64,000 nt of DNA from Dicyema japonicum (Eukaryota > Animalia > Dicyemida). This document shows positions 61,601 to 64,000 of this stretch, one piece after another (the stretch's first letter is position 1; every line of letters begins with the position of its first letter). A model generated the notes under the pieces. It saw nothing but the letters and a program-made list of their open reading frames with translations. It did not search any database and was not told the origin of the DNA. Location of the stretch: positions 186,001 through 250,000 of the forward strand of contig RDEW01000059.1 of NCBI GenBank assembly GCA_011109175.1. The letters run 5' to 3'. Made by a program: the position numbers and the translations under genes.

Positions 61601-64000
61601 TATTTATGAACATGATTGTGAAGTGAAAGATCTGGCAAAATAGGTTGAGGGCAAAAATAAGGTGATTGCTGAAAATACTGAATTATGCGATCTTCATAAT
61701 AACTAAAAAATTCTAAAGAATATACAATTTTTCACTGAGTTTGCTGATTTTTATTGCAATTTAGTCTTACAAATTCTGCAATTTTTGATATTAAAGATAA
61801 TTCCTACAGAATTCTGCTTTATGAGTCTCGGTTGGCATTTCGTGTTGAGCTGAACGCCTTAATTCACAACGAAATCAATAATATTGAATTTAACCTCAGA
61901 GATTTGTCGATCTAGACACATTTACTTTTATAATTATACTTTTTCATGTTCTTGTTTTTTTGCACAAGGTTCATAAAAATAAAATAATTAAATTAAATAA
62001 TAAAACATTGCATAATAAAATATTGGTGGAAGTGTTTAATGTTTGCTTACATAAGACGTTATTATTTATTACAGATTGGCGTATTCGATTATTAATGTCT
62101 CTGAGAACTTTTATTTCTTTCTCTTTGACCCAGTGATCCTGGGGGTAATAATAATTATTAATGTCATTCTCTTATAATAATGACTTGACAATTATCTCAT
62201 TTTAAGGCTTTGGTGGAACATTAAATGCCCTCTGGGCGCTACTAATACAGAATTGGCGAACCACAACGCCACGCTAAAATCAAACACATTTTTGGGTAAT
62301 GTCAAAATGGTCAAAATTTAATTTTTTTAGGTCAATAAGAACAAATTTTTATTGATTTTCATTTTTTAATTATTAATTTTTTAAGTTTTGAATAAAATAC
62401 TAACGTGTCATCAACTGTTATGCTGCATTCAAATCAAGAAAGTCAATGAAGAGACTGATATTAGAAAATATCCTGGTGAATTTTCTATCAACTCACGAAT
62501 TTTCTAACAACAGTTTTTTAATCTTTTGTCTAATAAACATCTCAAAGTAACAGGTCTATCATTTTTATTACAATTTCGGAGGTGATACAGTGAAATATAT
62601 GATTTTCTCATTCCACTCACCGACTCTAGTCTCAATGAGGTCACTAGTGCTTAGTCGAATATGATTTTCCTTGCATAAGTCGAGCATTTAAGTTTAAAAA
62701 ACTTGTTTGAGGTTATTGGATGTCGACTTCCTTCAATGCAAATTTATGCTTAGGGTAACTTGACCGAAGCTATTTTTTAGTTTTTTAAATGCATTTATTA
62801 TAGAATTGGGAAAAATTGGTTTGATCTACGAAATCGATATGCATATGTGAATACACAAATAAATTTCTTCCATAAAATCAGAAAATTTTCTTGAAATTGG
62901 CTATCTAGCCAAGATAATTCTGTTCAGAAGGGAAATTGTCTTGAAATTTTTGTAAAAATGTTTTTGAAGTAAAAAATAAGTATAATTTTGATGGAAATGG
63001 AATTTTAATAGAAAGATGTTTGGAAAACTGTTATAATGAACTATGGAGCAATTTATCTGCTAAATTATATGAATATTGGTTAATAAATTGATAAAGATGA
63101 CAGGGAAAACTTACTTTGCAGTATAAGATGTAGCATATTCAAAAATTGTATTTTAGTAACGATTTATACGGAATTAAGAAGTATCTGGAATCTAAATTTT
63201 CTGTTAATAAGTTTATTAAATTAAAAATGGAAAAACAACATATTTCTCCATGTATATACGGCTATTTGCAAAATATCCTTCCACGTCATTATTTATCCAT
63301 AAATTTTTTTTATTATTGCCAAAATTATTATCTAAAGGCCGAGATGTTTAACATGAAAACGTTTTTTTTACATTATTTTATATTTTAGTAAAGTTTTTTT
63401 AATATTTAAAATAATTTTTTCTACATAAATTTTGAGGTAATTATGATATCGTCGGCACAAGACAGAATGGGCTGATAAGTGAATACGTAGGGCAGTTAAC
63501 GCAGGTCACACACCACATTAAAGACACCACCCTTGCGAAAATAGGATAATATACACCCTATTAGTGGGAATAGTCACCGAGTGAATTATATTCTACTAAA
63601 ACTATTAAGACAAATTAGAAATGATACGGAAGCGCCTATTCGGAATATTATTGCAATGCATAAAATGAAATCACTCCCATTATTTACAAAAGTTATATTT
63701 TAATCCTTTTCGAAATCGAGGACCTTCTCATTTATTTAGAGTATCCGACTTTAAAGGAAGCCTTCTGTTTAAACGTTCACTAAAATCTTACCTTTAATTT
63801 AAAAGAACTAATCTGTGTTAGAATAGTAGTTTTGGAGAATGAAGACATCCAGATAAGATTTTGTTGAGATTTACTTGTATTAAGCCTCGTCTTATCGTCT
63901 TTTTGGGTGTCAGAAGGGACTATATTAATCATCAGTTCCTCTCCAAACTTTCGATATAAGTAAATTGAGTTGGTTCTACCACCACCAGGCAGTCTGGTGA

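Noticed and set aside
58900-63400. Additional decayed DNA-transposon coding remnants around the Tigger (also 53570-54150)
   Set aside because: Too degenerate to assign a family or boundaries by eye.

Overview
AT-rich eukaryotic (animal) genomic DNA, not prokaryotic. The ORF track fragments the real genes because they are split by 21-29 nt spliceosomal introns. I spliced these by hand and recovered an LRP2BP-like Sel1-repeat gene, an EAG-family (KCNH) K+ channel, a PDIA4-like protein, a Gq-class G-alpha and RABGEF1/Rabex-5. There are also three apparently intronless genes: a single-PDZ protein, an apolipoprotein-L-like protein and a GPI-type mucin with about 20 x 132-bp repeats. Metazoan genes with such tiny introns suggest a highly reduced parasite, most plausibly a dicyemid, otherwise a myxozoan; this is inference. 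Most of the rest is a mosaic of truncated transposons: R4/Dong-like and CRE-like RLE retrotransposons, I/Jockey, CR1/L2 and RTE-like LINEs, hAT, pogo/Tigger, Tc1, and at least three SINE-like families. Best leads: the micro-intron splicing system (including a GC-AG intron and stop-free 3n introns), transposons resembling microsporidian families, a tRNA-His-like SINE, a SINE/LINE shared tail, roughly 4-fold CACGTG enrichment, perfect local inverted repeats, and candidate host-interaction proteins. Single-base frameshifts in otherwise intact genes suggest assembly indels. TE boundaries are approximate, and family calls rest on motif recognition, not database searches.
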